A DNA stretch of 64,000 bases from Leucoraja erinacea (Eukaryota), in assembly GCF_028641065.1 (NCBI RefSeq), contig NC_073382.1, positions 51,770,001-51,834,000 on the forward strand. Reading direction: 5' to 3'. Shown here one piece after another: positions 54,401 through 61,849 of the stretch. Under the pieces are notes generated by a model that ran no database searches, had not been told where the DNA came from, and was given only the letters and a program-made list of their open reading frames with translations. Positions within the stretch are counted from its first letter, which is position 1; each line of letters starts with the position of its first letter. The position numbers and the translations under genes were made by a program.

Positions 54401-57400
54401 TGGCTTCCCGCTCATCTTTGCTATTTTACAGCAAAGATTTTCGGCCCGAAACGTCACCTATTTCCTTCGCTCCATAGATGCTGCTGCACCCGCTGAGTTT
54501 CTCCAGCATTTTTGTGTACCTTTGCTATTTTATACTTCTTCTCTTTTATTTTTATACTGTCCTTGACTTCCCTTGTCAGCCACGGTCGCCTCTTATTCCC
54601 CAATGAAGTACAAAACCAAATATTATAGAGCTTCACCCACCATATGCAAGTGGGGAGGTTTTGAAATGTTGTGGTTGATGTCCTCAATTAATGACAGTAG
54701 CTTTCTTCTAATGTCTGCACACCTGAATGAAAGTGCATGTATCTGACCTGCTGCTGTGCAGCAACAGATGAATCGGAGAATATCGAGCAGGAGGAAATCA
54801 TGCTTTGTCAAATTGTCTTCAGATAAAATGTTCTTTGCTCCTGAAAGAGAGTTGAAAGAGAAAATGATGAAAGTGCAACATTATGTTTCTACGTAAATTA
54901 TTTAAGAAAATGGCAAAGTGGTAAAATTAATCCGTTAATATAATCAATGGCTCTATTCTGTAACAATAGAAAGCTATTTTAAGTCGAAGAGTTTCTTTCC
55001 CTTAATAAAAATGTATTCGAGTCTGAACTAGCTTTCTATCGTTAAATAATTGAGTCTGTTGCATTGGCTTTTTTAGCATCAATGTGAAGCATGTGTCTGA
55101 AGCATCAATTTATCTTATTTTAAAATTGTAGTAACAAAGATTCTATGTATTTTATTTCTTTATAAAATGTCAACCTTCTGGATCAGGTTCCACAGTCACT
55201 CCTTTTCACCTCACCCATGTGACTGCTACTTTTGAATCTATAAAGAAGATTAGTGTAACATGAAAAGCATAATTTCTGAGAGAAATATCTTCACAAATCC
55301 ATCCACAATTATGTATCATCATCTCCAGCCCTATTTAGGTGCCTGTAACATACTATAAGGGCACGTGGTAGAACCAGGTTCAGTAACAATGCCCAAGAGA
55401 CATTTAGACAAACACACGCATGGGCAGGAAATAGAAGGATCGGGACCACGTGCAGGCAGATGGGATAAGTTTAATTTGGCATTGTGTTAGGTGCAGACTT
55501 GGTGGGCCAAAGGGTCTATTCCTTCGCTGTACTTTTCTATGTTCTATGGAGGCAAGCACTTTCTTGACCAGGGATGCTGAAATTACTTAAATATCTCTCG
55601 TCAAGAATAAGTGTATAAGCACAACGTGCAACTTAGTACAGGATACTGAGTTGGATGATCAGCCATGATCATATTGAATGGCGGTGCAGGCTCGAAGGGC
55701 CGAATGGCCTAATCCTGCACCTAATTTCTACGTTTATAGCCTGTTCAGTTGCAGTAGATTGTCGTAAAATGAGCCAATGTAGAGCTAATATTTAACATCT
55801 AATAATCTTATAAATGTCATACCTATTCCAACCGATGAGTCATTGTTTTCATTATAATCTCCTCCTTCAGGGCCTTTGTCGTTATCGTCATCAAAGAGGT
55901 CTCCGGATCCATGTCCCTCTGTTTCCATTAAATCATCTTGAAAATCGTCCTTTGCCTCAAAAGCATCACATGGTTTTCCAGTGGGAAATGCCTGTAGTAG
56001 ATACACCAGTGTTTACACTGAAAGCTATGGATTAGCAGAGAAAATATAATTACCATGTTTAATAACTTTCTGTGCAAACTATTAATAGTGCCAAACACCG
56101 TGGATAGATGTGGGGAACTTGTAAGACTTTGGAGTTTAGAGATACAGCCTGGAAACAGGCCTTCGGCCCATTGAGACTGCGCCGACCAGCGATCCCCATA
56201 CACTTAACACTACCCTGCACACTAGAGACAATATTACAATTTTGCCTAAGCCAATTAACCTACAAACTGGCACGTCTTTGTAGTGTGGGAGGACACCAGA
56301 GAACCCGGAGAAAACCCACGTGATCACAAGGGAGAGCGTACAAATTGGATGTTCTTTCCTCAAGATCATTTAATAAATATTGCAGTGTGGCATAGACCGC
56401 CCTAAGCAACGTAGATCCTGATTGCATGCTCAGACAAAGTTTGAAGAACCTGCCGCAGCTTCTCCCATTGTTTTGAGGATGAGAATGTATGACTGACCTG
56501 CAAGAGGCTAATGTCAAATTGGTGCTCCATTCATGCAGCTTTTGGCTATAGCCATGATTGCATACAGTACAGAAAGATTATGCAGAACCTGCCTTCTCCC
56601 CATATCTCTGGACTCCACAATCTTCAAGAGCCCTATCAAGCTCTCTCTTGAAAGTGGCCAGAACCGTCCTCTACCGCCCTCAGAGGCAGAGAATTCCACA
56701 GACTCACAACTCTGTGTGAAACCCCATAATAAAAAAGCGGAAACAAACGTTTAGAAATTTTTGCAAAGTAATTAGAAACAAAGAACAAAAATATCACATT
56801 TAGATAGGTATTCAGACCCTTTACTCAGTACTTTGTTGAGGCACCTTTGGCAGCGATTACAGCAGGGGTCGGCAACCTATGGCCTATAACCCGAAATCAC
56901 CCGGCCCGCAGGCATATTTTTTTTTAGTCCGATATGCGGTACTGCTGTCTCTGGAAGACGTCGATGTTGAGTGTGGGGGAGTCCCAGCTGTGACGTGTTT
57001 TCCCTTAGGTAGGTCTGTGGGCAGTAGGGTGCCTCAGGCAGGCTGTCCCGGGATGAGGAGTCCGTGCTGCAGTTGATGGCGTCATTGGAGATGAGTGTGC
57101 TGTCCAGGCTCTCGTTGTCCCCATCAGACAGTTCGGCCTCCACCTTGCTGTTGCGACTGGCCTCTCCGGGAGGGGGTCCAGGCGGCGGGGAACGGGCGGG
57201 GGAGGGACCTCGTGGACGGGTAGGGGAGGCAGGGAGGGTTTGGCCTCTGCCTCGTTGTAGCCTAGCTGCCGGCCTAGCAAGCCCCACTCAGACCGGTCGC
57301 TCATGTCCACTGAACTGTTGCTGGGCGGCTCGATGGTGAGCAGCGGCAGGTGGGCAGCACGACGCCGGTAGTCCTGGCACTCCGAGCAGGCAGCTGCCCT

Positions 57401-60400
57401 CCTGGCCCCTGTCTCCCCTGCCTCGCCCTCCCACACTTTGGGCACCAAAGGCTCGGTGGAGGCTAGCGTTGACCGGGCTGGGCTCCCTCTCCCTCTCCCT
57501 CCTCTAAGTATAGTGCCTTTGAAACAAAACTACAACTGTATTATTACCTCCATTTATGGCGATAGATGTGGCCCGCCATCCGCACAGACATGGGTGGTTG
57601 CCCACCCCTGGATTACAGCCTCGAGTCTTCTTGCGTATTACGCTACAAGCTTGGCACACCTGTATTTGGGTAATTTCTACCATTCTTCTCTGCAGATCCT
57701 CTCAAGCTCTGTCAGGTTGGATCGGGAGCCTCGATGCACAGCTATTTTCAGGTCTCTCCAGAGATATTCGATCGGGTTCAAGTTTGGGCTCTGGCTGGGC
57801 CACGCAAGGACATTCACAGACTTGTCATGAAGCTACTCCAGCGTTGTCTTGGCTGCATGCTTAGGGTCGTTGTCATGTTGGAAGGGGAACCTCTGCCCCA
57901 GTCTGAACGTGCTCGGGAGCAGGTTTTCATCAAGGATCTCTCTTTACTTTGCTCTGTTCATCTTTTCCTCGATCCAAACTTGTCGCCCAGTTCCTGCTGC
58001 TAAAAAACATCCCAACAGCATGATGCTGCCACCACCATGCTTCACCGTAGGTATGGTATTGGCCAGGTGATGAGCGGTGCCTGGTTTCTTCCAGACGCGA
58101 CACTTGCCATTCAGGCCAAAGAGTTCAATCTTGGTTTCATCAGACCAGAGAATCTTGTTTAGGTGCCTTTTGGCAAACGTCAAGCGGGCTGTCATGTGCC
58201 TTTTACTGAGGAGTGGCTTCAGTCCGGCCTTAAAGGCCTGATTGGTGGGATACTGCAGATATAGTTGTCCTTCTGGAAGGTTCTCCCATCTCCACAGAGG
58301 AACTCTGGAGCTCTGTCAGAGTGACCATTGGGTTCTTGGCCATCTCCCTGACCAAGGCCCTTCTCCCCCGATTGCTCAGTTTGGCCGGGCAGCCAGCTAT
58401 ATGAAGGGTCCTGGTGGTTTCAAAGTTCTTCCATTTAAGAATGACGGAGGCCACTGTGCTCTTCAGGACTTGCAATGCTGCAGAAATTGTTTTATACCCT
58501 TCCCCAGATTTGTGTCTCGAACATAATCCTGAGTCAGAGGTCTACGGACAATTCCTTCGTTATCAAGGCTTAGATTTTGCTCTGACATGCACTGTCAACT
58601 GCGGGACCTTATAAAGACAGGTGTGTGCCTTTCCACATCATGTACAATCATTTAATTTACCAGTGGTGGACTCCAATCAAGTTGTAGAAACATCTCTAGG
58701 ATAATCAATGAAAATAGGATGCAACGAAGCTCAATTTTGAGTGTCACAGCACCTGCTGCCCACAGACCTACTTACAGGAAACACGTCACAGCTGGGACTC
58801 CCGCACACTCAACAAAGGCAGTACCGCATCGGACTAAAAAAAAAATATGCCTGCAGGCTGGGTGATTTCGGGTTATGGGCCATAGGTTGCCGACCCCTGC
58901 TGTAATTGCTGCCAAAGGTGCCTCGACAAAGTACTGAGTAAAGGGTCTGAATACTTATGTAAATGTGATATTTCAATTATTTCTTTAATTATTTTGCAAA
59001 AATTTCTAAACACCCGTTTTCGCTTTTTTATTACGGGGTATTGCGTGTAGATTGATGAAAAATTTTTTTTTAATCCATTTTAGAATAAGGCTGTAACATA
59101 ACAAAATGTGGAAAAAGTGAAGGGGTCTGTATACTTTCTGAATGCACTGTAATTGCATGGTTTGTAGTATTGAGAAGCCAGAAGAATTTAAATTCAGATT
59201 ACACAATCAGCAACGCACTTAAAAAAAATTATCTTTCAATCTTAAGAACTTGCAATTAGTTTCTTACCAGCCGTCGACAAACTTCAACGAGGTCATTCAT
59301 AAAACTTGCTGCGAATAGTTGAAGAAAGAGAACAGATGATTGCTTCTTTGGCCAGTGCTGCTAAAATGATTGAAGAAATAGTTTACGTCACGGAGATAGA
59401 ATTTTTCTGGCATATTTTTGAAATACTAAATTGGATGGTAATTTTATGAGATCAACATAGATAAAATACATGGCAAATTTATAAATATTAACCAATTACA
59501 AAAGACAATAATATTAATATGTAATTCTCATCTTAAACAAGAAAATCCAATAAATAATAAGAGTTCTGACTCAAAATGTAACCTGTCCATTGCTGCCTGA
59601 TCTGCTGAGTTTTTCCAGCACTTTTCAATAAAATAGCAATTATAAATCAATTTTACATATACTATACTATATAAAACAATACTATATAATATATAAATCA
59701 ATAATATATCTATCTATATACTTTTAAAACAGTGTGTGCATATGTGTGTGTGCGCGTGCATGCGTGTGAGAGAGAGAGATTTTGCCTCCTCGTTAATCAG
59801 ACGCCGAAACGGGGAAATGTTTACATATTTCAGTAGAGATTTTCCTTGTGATTTTAGAAACCCACTCCTCTGTAAATTTGGTCAGTTATTTCCCCGACAT
59901 TTTTTATTAAATTCGTTGACCAATCTGACCTTTTTAAAACAAAATCTGACCGTTGCCCAGCTGCTAACGTTACAATGACGGTGACATTTTTACATATTCT
60001 GGTAGAAATTTTCCTTATGATTTAAAAAATCTGTAAATCTGGTTGATTATTTCACGAGTTATTTGCTAAAATTTATCAACAATCTGACATTTAAAAAAAA
60101 TATAACGGCTGCCCAGCTGCTGACCTCACAATGCCTGTCCTTGTGGCCCGTCCACCAATCCTCACCAGATCCCCCCCCCCCCCCCCCCCCCGGATGAATG
60201 CAGCTGCTGTCAACGCGCGCATGCGCAATTTTCAGGTCCACAAATTAAGAACCCCCCGTTCTTCAAAAAGCATAGAAAAGAACGAGAAATTTCTGCTGAT
60301 CCCCAGGTCACCGGCACTCACGTGTTGAAGAGCTTTCTCCTCGTTGCCAGCGCAGCTTGTAAAAACACGCCCACTCACTCCAGCTGTGGGTTACCAGAGA

Positions 60401-60671
60401 GTCAGGCCGGTTCTGTCTCTCACCACTTTTCGCAGCCCACTCACCAGCCCTGCTCCCCTAAAAAACCATCCTACCCCTCCCCCCATCTCTCTGCCCCCCC
60501 CCCTTCTCTCTCTCTGCCCTCGCTCTCTATACGTACCTGCAAGTTGAGGGGTATGCGTCAGTGGATGGGGCGGTTATGGGGTAAAAGGAGAACATTAATA
60601 ATATTAATATAATATCAAGGGGGTAGTTAGTGTGTGTGTACGGGGGGTAGTTAGTTAGAGTGTGTGTGTGT

Positions 60672-60712
<41 letters not shown>

Positions 60713-61673
60713 GTTAATGTGTGTGTGACCCCCCCCCGGAACCGAGCGTTGAGGGGACGGTACCAAATGGGTCCCCCTTGGTCTAGTAGTAACTAAAAAT
60801 GTAACAGCCTCATATCAATGAAAGATAGTAGATTTAAGTGAGCACCTTATAAATGTCATAAGCACTTTCATAAATACCCCATGTCCTAAAAATTAATTAT
60901 TTTAAAATGGATTGGCAAAGGTAAAACTGGTAATAGTGAATATCACAGTAAGACTCCAAATAATAGCAATAGCACTAATTAATCAGTAAATTTAGTGTCA
61001 CTGGGTAAAGAACAGTATTAGGAGTCCCGAATATCTTGCTTTTCTCTGAATATGAAAAGACATAAGTAAACAGAACAATGTTTCATGAGGAATGGTGTTT
61101 TTAATTTAGTCTATGGAATCTTAAGGTGAGACTCAATCTAGGGCCTCTGACTTAGCAACTGAAACCACAATTATGTAAATTTAATGTCATTATACAGACT
61201 ATATATGATTAGTTATATGTATTCTTCCCCTCTGTTATCATACTTCTGAACAGGTCCTTCCATGAGGTTGGGTACAGTCCCAATTCTCCAACCTACATTG
61301 CGGGCATTAGACTTTTTCTTTGGAACTCTTATGCTACAATGCTAAGAACTATATTTTCGTATCTTTCTACCTTTTGTACTTGTACCGTTTGGCATGATTC
61401 TATTCAAGTATATTTTCTGATTTGATTGGAGAGAATAAAAACAAAAGATTTTCATTGTACCTTATGTGACAATAATAAACCTTAACCTAAATAGGCTGAA
61501 TGTATTTGCATAATGCGGTTGTAGACAATTGATTGTATTGAACAGAATACCTTAGTGTGCGAGTGTAGACATTTTGTGCACACATTAATCAGTGTTTTCA
61601 GAGAGTTGAGAACCTCTTCATTAAGATCATTTCGCGTTGTAGAAATGTGTTCACCAACATTCTGCATAAAAGA
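1728..61673 (-). CDS. ATM: ATM serine/threonine kinase, partial multi-exon gene (35 exons, equivalent to human exons 15-49; the gene extends beyond both window ends)
   Basis: Spliced translation gives ATM-specific motifs in order: [90 protein letters not shown]. All junctions are GT-AG with consistent phase, and most exon sizes match the human sizes I recall. Confidence 0.98.
2065..2184 (-). CDS. ATM: ATM exon (~human exon 48), 120 nt
   Basis: tcttag|[40 protein letters not shown]|gtaag. Confidence 0.95.
2918..3070 (-). CDS. ATM: ATM exon (~human exon 47), 153 nt
   Basis: ttccag|[13 protein letters not shown]...[30 protein letters not shown]|gtaag. Confidence 0.95.
3296..3530 (-). CDS. ATM: ATM exon (~human exon 46), 235 nt
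   Basis: tttcag|[17 protein letters not shown]...[19 protein letters not shown]...LARAAKNSQ|gttca. Confidence 0.94.
3733..4738. mobile_element. Non-autonomous TIR DNA transposon, superfamily unassigned
   Basis: 18-nt TIR AGTAGcaATGTTACAAAA / reverse complement AGTAGgtATGTTACAAAA; ATA on both flanks; no ORF. Confidence 0.7.
4907..5026 (-). CDS. ATM: ATM exon (~human exon 45), 120 nt
   Basis: gatag|[39 protein letters not shown]|gtaac. Confidence 0.95.
5232..5336 (-). CDS. ATM: ATM exon (~human exon 44), 105 nt
   Basis: tcccag|[34 protein letters not shown]|gtaac. Confidence 0.93.
5985..6133 (-). CDS. ATM: ATM exon (~human exon 43), 149 nt
   Basis: ttgaag|[49 protein letters not shown]|gtaaa. 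Confidence 0.95.
6773..7058 (+). mobile_element. Rex1/Babar-like LINE 3' fragment
   Basis: Encodes [16 protein letters not shown]; ends ccaataaact+(CATT)n; acaat on both sides. Confidence 0.6.
7183..7515 (-). mobile_element. CR1 LINE 3' fragment with a ~27-nt tandem duplication at its 5' junction
   Basis: tagaaacatagaaaataggtgcaggagtaggccattcg tail, shared with copies at ~39475, ~50822 and ~55630. Confidence 0.75.
7758..7965. mobile_element. PIF/Harbinger-type MITE
   Basis: TIR AGGGCCTGTCCCACT, long palindromic arms, TTA TSD (7755-7757, 7966-7968). Confidence 0.85.
8232..8334 (-). CDS. ATM: ATM exon (~human exon 42), 103 nt
   Basis: taacag|[34 protein letters not shown]|gtagt. Confidence 0.95.
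9483..9571 (-). CDS. ATM: ATM exon (~human exon 41), 89 nt
   Basis: caacag|[29 protein letters not shown]|gtaaa. Confidence 0.95.
10839..10947 (-). CDS. ATM: ATM exon (~human exon 40), 109 nt; contains the S1981-equivalent SQ
   Basis: atttag|[36 protein letters not shown]|gtaca. Confidence 0.92.
11193..11483 (-). mobile_element. tRNA-derived V-SINE (elasmobranch HE1-like)
   Basis: Minus strand: tRNA-like head with B box GGTTCGATCC, V-domain (ACGTTCTCCC...GTGGGTTTTCTC), CR1-type tail ...CTGTATCTCTAAA. Confidence 0.85.
11651..12283. mobile_element. Non-autonomous TIR element with AT TSD (ISL2EU/Harbinger-like), nested in a Penelope-like 3' fragment
   Basis: AGGGAGGTTGCACG / reverse complement ACGGGGGTTGCGCG; AT flanks; interrupts a Penelope-like 3' region (11588-11650 and 12286-12460). 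Confidence 0.55.
12545..12812 (+). mobile_element. CR1-type (HER1-like) LINE 3' fragment
   Basis: gttgaggcaggtactat / gacaggtacatggataggatagg / gggccgaagggcctgtttcc motifs, repeated at ~16325, ~35645 and ~46700. Confidence 0.7.
13387..13545 (-). CDS. ATM: ATM exon (~human exon 39), 159 nt
   Basis: tttcag|[44 protein letters not shown]...LK|gtact. Confidence 0.95.
13898..13985 (-). CDS. ATM: ATM exon (~human exon 38), 88 nt
   Basis: gtcag|[28 protein letters not shown]|gtttc. Confidence 0.93.
14108..14674. mobile_element. PIF/Harbinger-type MITE with internal CGACA repeats
   Basis: TIR AGGGCCTGTCC(A/C)ACTTAGGCGA; TAA TSD (14105-14107, 14675-14677). Confidence 0.85.
16761..16938 (-). CDS. 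ATM: ATM exon (~human exon 37), 178 nt
   Basis: catcag|[21 protein letters not shown]...[12 protein letters not shown]|gtaat. Confidence 0.95.
17644..17820 (-). CDS. ATM: ATM exon (~human exon 36), 177 nt
   Basis: catag|IPELL...[44 protein letters not shown]|gtaat. Confidence 0.94.
18360..18510 (-). CDS. ATM: ATM exon (~human exon 35), 151 nt
   Basis: tgccag|[25 protein letters not shown]...[16 protein letters not shown]|gtaat. Confidence 0.95.
18684..18913. mobile_element. Fold-back Penelope-derived short retroposon with two hammerhead-like cores
   Basis: Inverted arms around ttcagacagcaaagtctgaa; 14-nt TSD ataatctatc(a/g)ctc at 18670-18683 and 18914-18927. Confidence 0.75.
19564..19735 (-). 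CDS. ATM: ATM exon (~human exon 34), 172 nt
   Basis: tttcag|[20 protein letters not shown]...INNALIDQ|gtgag. Confidence 0.95.
19811..20743 (-). mobile_element. GC-rich non-autonomous LINE-derived retroposon (Rex1-like 3' tail)
   Basis: 5' accggaagtggcggcgc; 3' atttcgttcagaccgaaaggtctgaatgacaaataaagg+(ATCTA)n; related copies at 27720, 36814 and 44090. Confidence 0.65.
20890..20986 (-). mobile_element. Penelope-derived short retroposon with hammerhead-like core
   Basis: gtCTGATGAatggtctcgacctGAAACGTC...; perfect 12-nt TSD tattatcaagtg (20878-20889, 20987-20998). Confidence 0.75.
21261..21557 (+). mobile_element. V-SINE inserted in a Penelope-derived repeat
   Basis: cggtagagttgctgcc...gggttcgaa head, V-domain, ctaaactaaac tail. 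Confidence 0.85.
22231..22326 (-). CDS. ATM: ATM exon (~human exon 33), 96 nt
   Basis: cttcag|[31 protein letters not shown]|gtgag. Confidence 0.93.
23146..23278 (-). CDS. ATM: ATM exon (~human exon 32), 133 nt
   Basis: tttcag|[44 protein letters not shown]|gtaac. Confidence 0.95.
24570..24835 (-). mobile_element. V-SINE
   Basis: Same family as 11193-11483. Confidence 0.85.
25322..25650 (+). mobile_element. Penelope-like element 3' fragment: GIY-YIG C-terminus, UTR and hammerhead-like motif
   Basis: Encodes [28 protein letters not shown]; followed by gtCTGAAGAagggtctcgacccGAAACGTC at ~25615-25643. Confidence 0.75.
25866..26030 (-). CDS. ATM: ATM exon (~human exon 31), 165 nt
   Basis: ttccag|[30 protein letters not shown]...[13 protein letters not shown]|gtaaa. 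Confidence 0.95.
26280..26722 (+). mobile_element. CR1 LINE 3' fragment
   Basis: Encodes [24 protein letters not shown]...[13 protein letters not shown] (CR1 ORF2 C-terminus). Confidence 0.85.
26761..26945. mobile_element. Fold-back Penelope-derived short retroposon
   Basis: ~60-nt near-perfect inverted arms (agacacaaaatgctggagtaactcagcgggacaggcagcatctc); aattcttat direct repeat on both flanks. Confidence 0.75.
27315..27489 (-). CDS. ATM: ATM exon (~human exon 30), 175 nt
   Basis: ttatag|[19 protein letters not shown]...[27 protein letters not shown]|gtaag. Confidence 0.95.
27720..28035 (-). mobile_element. GC-rich non-autonomous retroposon, 5'-truncated
   Basis: Shares the 3' hairpin and the CCATCACAG hairpin with 19811-20743. 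Confidence 0.6.
28318..28517 (-). CDS. ATM: ATM exon (~human exon 29), 200 nt
   Basis: aacag|[11 protein letters not shown]...[18 protein letters not shown]...[18 protein letters not shown]|gtcag. Confidence 0.95.
29165..31245 (-). mobile_element. RTE-clade LINE (BovB-like), 5'-truncated and frameshifted
   Basis: Fragments [47 protein letters not shown]; (GAT)n tail at 29165-29179. Confidence 0.9.
31419..31545 (-). CDS. ATM: ATM exon (~human exon 28), 127 nt
   Basis: ttcag|[42 protein letters not shown]|gtaag. Confidence 0.95.
32001..33690. repeat. Scrambled imperfect tandem duplication with Penelope GIY-YIG and UTR pieces
   Basis: 32001-32098 ~ 32972-33070; 32281-32333 ~ 33124-33177; 32478-32650 ~ 33213-33365; caaattggaggaa occurs three times. 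Confidence 0.7.
32100..32218 (-). CDS. ATM: ATM exon (~human exon 27), 119 nt; atypical A-rich acceptor
   Basis: aaaaag|[25 protein letters not shown]...GNFV|gtaag. Confidence 0.88.
34100..34705 (+). mobile_element. Old CR1 LINE 3' fragment
   Basis: Encodes [18 protein letters not shown]...[10 protein letters not shown]. Confidence 0.8.
35062..35314 (-). CDS. ATM: ATM exon (~human exon 26), 253 nt
   Basis: ttttag|[11 protein letters not shown]...[16 protein letters not shown]...[15 protein letters not shown]|gtgag. Confidence 0.95.
36229..36398 (-). CDS. ATM: ATM exon (~human exon 25), 170 nt
   Basis: cttag|[30 protein letters not shown]...[15 protein letters not shown]|gtaaa. Confidence 0.93.
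36682..37833 (-). mobile_element. V-SINE (36682-36813 and 37677-37833) split by a GC-rich non-autonomous retroposon (36814-37676)
   Basis: SINE halves rejoin. Insert has 5' ttccggtaggcggcgc, an (AGC)n run at ~37321-37365, and 3' atttcgtttggacc...ggtccaaatgacaattaaa+(TTGACTC)n. Confidence 0.75.
37981..38151 (-). CDS. ATM: ATM exon (~human exon 24), 171 nt
   Basis: cttcag|[20 protein letters not shown]...[30 protein letters not shown]|gtaat. Confidence 0.95.
38479..38765 (+). mobile_element. Solo LTR (Gypsy-type)
   Basis: TG...CA termini (tgtggcg...cgctaca), AATAAA, 4-nt TSD ctag; motifs shared with the LTR at 1123-1429. Confidence 0.8.
39869..41510 (-). mobile_element. Tc1-family DNA transposon, full length, transposase disabled
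   Basis: TA flanks, ~210-nt TIRs; transposase 41104-40090 in three frames ([15 protein letters not shown]..., [23 protein letters not shown]...WPSQSPDLN). Confidence 0.95.
42312..42432 (-). CDS. ATM: ATM exon (~human exon 23), 121 nt
   Basis: ctctag|[40 protein letters not shown]|gtaac. Confidence 0.93.
44090..44680 (-). mobile_element. GC-rich non-autonomous retroposon with L2-like 3' tail
   Basis: 3' ...gaaaggcgcccataaatatt+(TAT)n; shares the central hairpin and cccgatgttgaag motif with the 27720 family. Confidence 0.55.
44803..44933 (-). CDS. ATM: ATM exon (~human exon 22), 131 nt
   Basis: cttcag|[10 protein letters not shown]...[27 protein letters not shown]|gtaat. Confidence 0.93.
45353..45413. 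repeat. (CT)n microsatellite
   Basis: Direct observation. Confidence 0.95.
46022..46097 (-). CDS. ATM: ATM exon (~human exon 21), 76 nt
   Basis: aatag|[25 protein letters not shown]|gtata. Confidence 0.92.
47159..47310. mobile_element. 152-nt MITE derived from the Tc1 family at 51203-52833
   Basis: TA|CAGTGCCCTCCATAATG...CATTATGGAGGGCACTG|TA. Confidence 0.9.
48016..48162 (-). CDS. ATM: ATM exon (~human exon 20), 147 nt
   Basis: gtccag|[21 protein letters not shown]...[12 protein letters not shown]|gtagg. Confidence 0.92.
48547..48629 (-). CDS. ATM: ATM exon (~human exon 19), 83 nt
   Basis: ttacag|[27 protein letters not shown]|gtaag. Confidence 0.93.
50061..50326 (-). mobile_element. V-SINE
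   Basis: Same family as 11193-11483. Confidence 0.85.
51203..52833 (-). mobile_element. Tc1-family transposon (second family), degenerate, nested in CR1
   Basis: TIR CAGTGCCCTCCAT(A/G)A.GTTTGGGACAAAGACC; [26 protein letters not shown]. Confidence 0.92.
54429..54519 (+). mobile_element. Penelope-derived short retroposon inserted in CR1
   Basis: 13-nt TSD ctttgctatttta (54416-54428, 54520-54532); cggcccGAAACGTCacctatt... Confidence 0.8.
54641..54840 (-). CDS. ATM: ATM exon (~human exon 18), 200 nt
   Basis: ...[23 protein letters not shown]...[12 protein letters not shown]...HLHM|gtggg. Confidence 0.93.
55823..55991 (-). CDS. ATM: ATM exon (~human exon 17), 169 nt
   Basis: ctacag|[35 protein letters not shown]...SSVGI|gtatg; acidic segment as in human ATM. 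Confidence 0.88.
56128..56345 (-). mobile_element. V-SINE, 5'-truncated
   Basis: Same family as 11193-11483. Confidence 0.8.
56722..59149 (-). mobile_element. Tc1 transposon (same family as 39869) with hAT insertion and rearranged right end; left tip deleted
   Basis: Transposase fragments 57611-58565 ([11 protein letters not shown]); right end ...GAATGCACTG|TA. Confidence 0.9.
56863..57610. mobile_element. Non-autonomous hAT transposon
   Basis: TIR CAGGGGT(C/G)GGCAACC; 8-nt TSD gattacag (56855-56862, 57611-57618). Confidence 0.9.
59268..59357 (-). CDS. ATM: ATM exon (~human exon 16), 90 nt (93 nt with the upstream NAGNAG acceptor)
   Basis: ttttagcag|[30 protein letters not shown]|gtaag. 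Confidence 0.88.
59709..60786 (+). mobile_element. Non-autonomous Helitron-like element
   Basis: A|TC start (tctatctatatact); GGGGAC/GTCCCC hairpin at 60753-60776 then CTAG|T; internal ~160-nt tandem repeat and (TG)n. Confidence 0.7.
61551..61673 (-). CDS. ATM: ATM exon (~human exon 15), 123 nt
   Basis: ttatag|[41 protein letters not shown]|gtattc. Confidence 0.9.
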
Positions 61674-61849
61674 CTATAAGATGAGAAAAATAAATTAAGT
61701 TTAGTTTAGAGCTACAAGCATGGAAACAGGCGCTTCAGCCCACCGAGTCCGCGCCGACCACCAATTCCCGCACACGAACAGTATTTTACACACACTAGTG
61801 ACAATTTACAATTTTACTGAAGCCAATTAACCTTCAAACCTATGTATTT

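Larger units (their letters stand above)
50822..54600 (-). mobile_element. CR1 LINE (ORF2 RT region, degenerate), interrupted by a Tc1 and a Penelope-derived insert
   Basis: [68 protein letters not shown]; ends ~40 nt from the ATM exon-18 donor. Confidence 0.93.

Noticed and set aside
52819-54457. Long ORFs as a nested host gene
   Set aside because: CR1 ORF2 fragments with frameshifts and stops.
1728-61673. Alternative identity as ATR, DNA-PKcs or a pseudogene
   Set aside because: Motifs and exon sizes are ATM-specific, and the spliced frame is consistent across all 35 exons with no stop seen.
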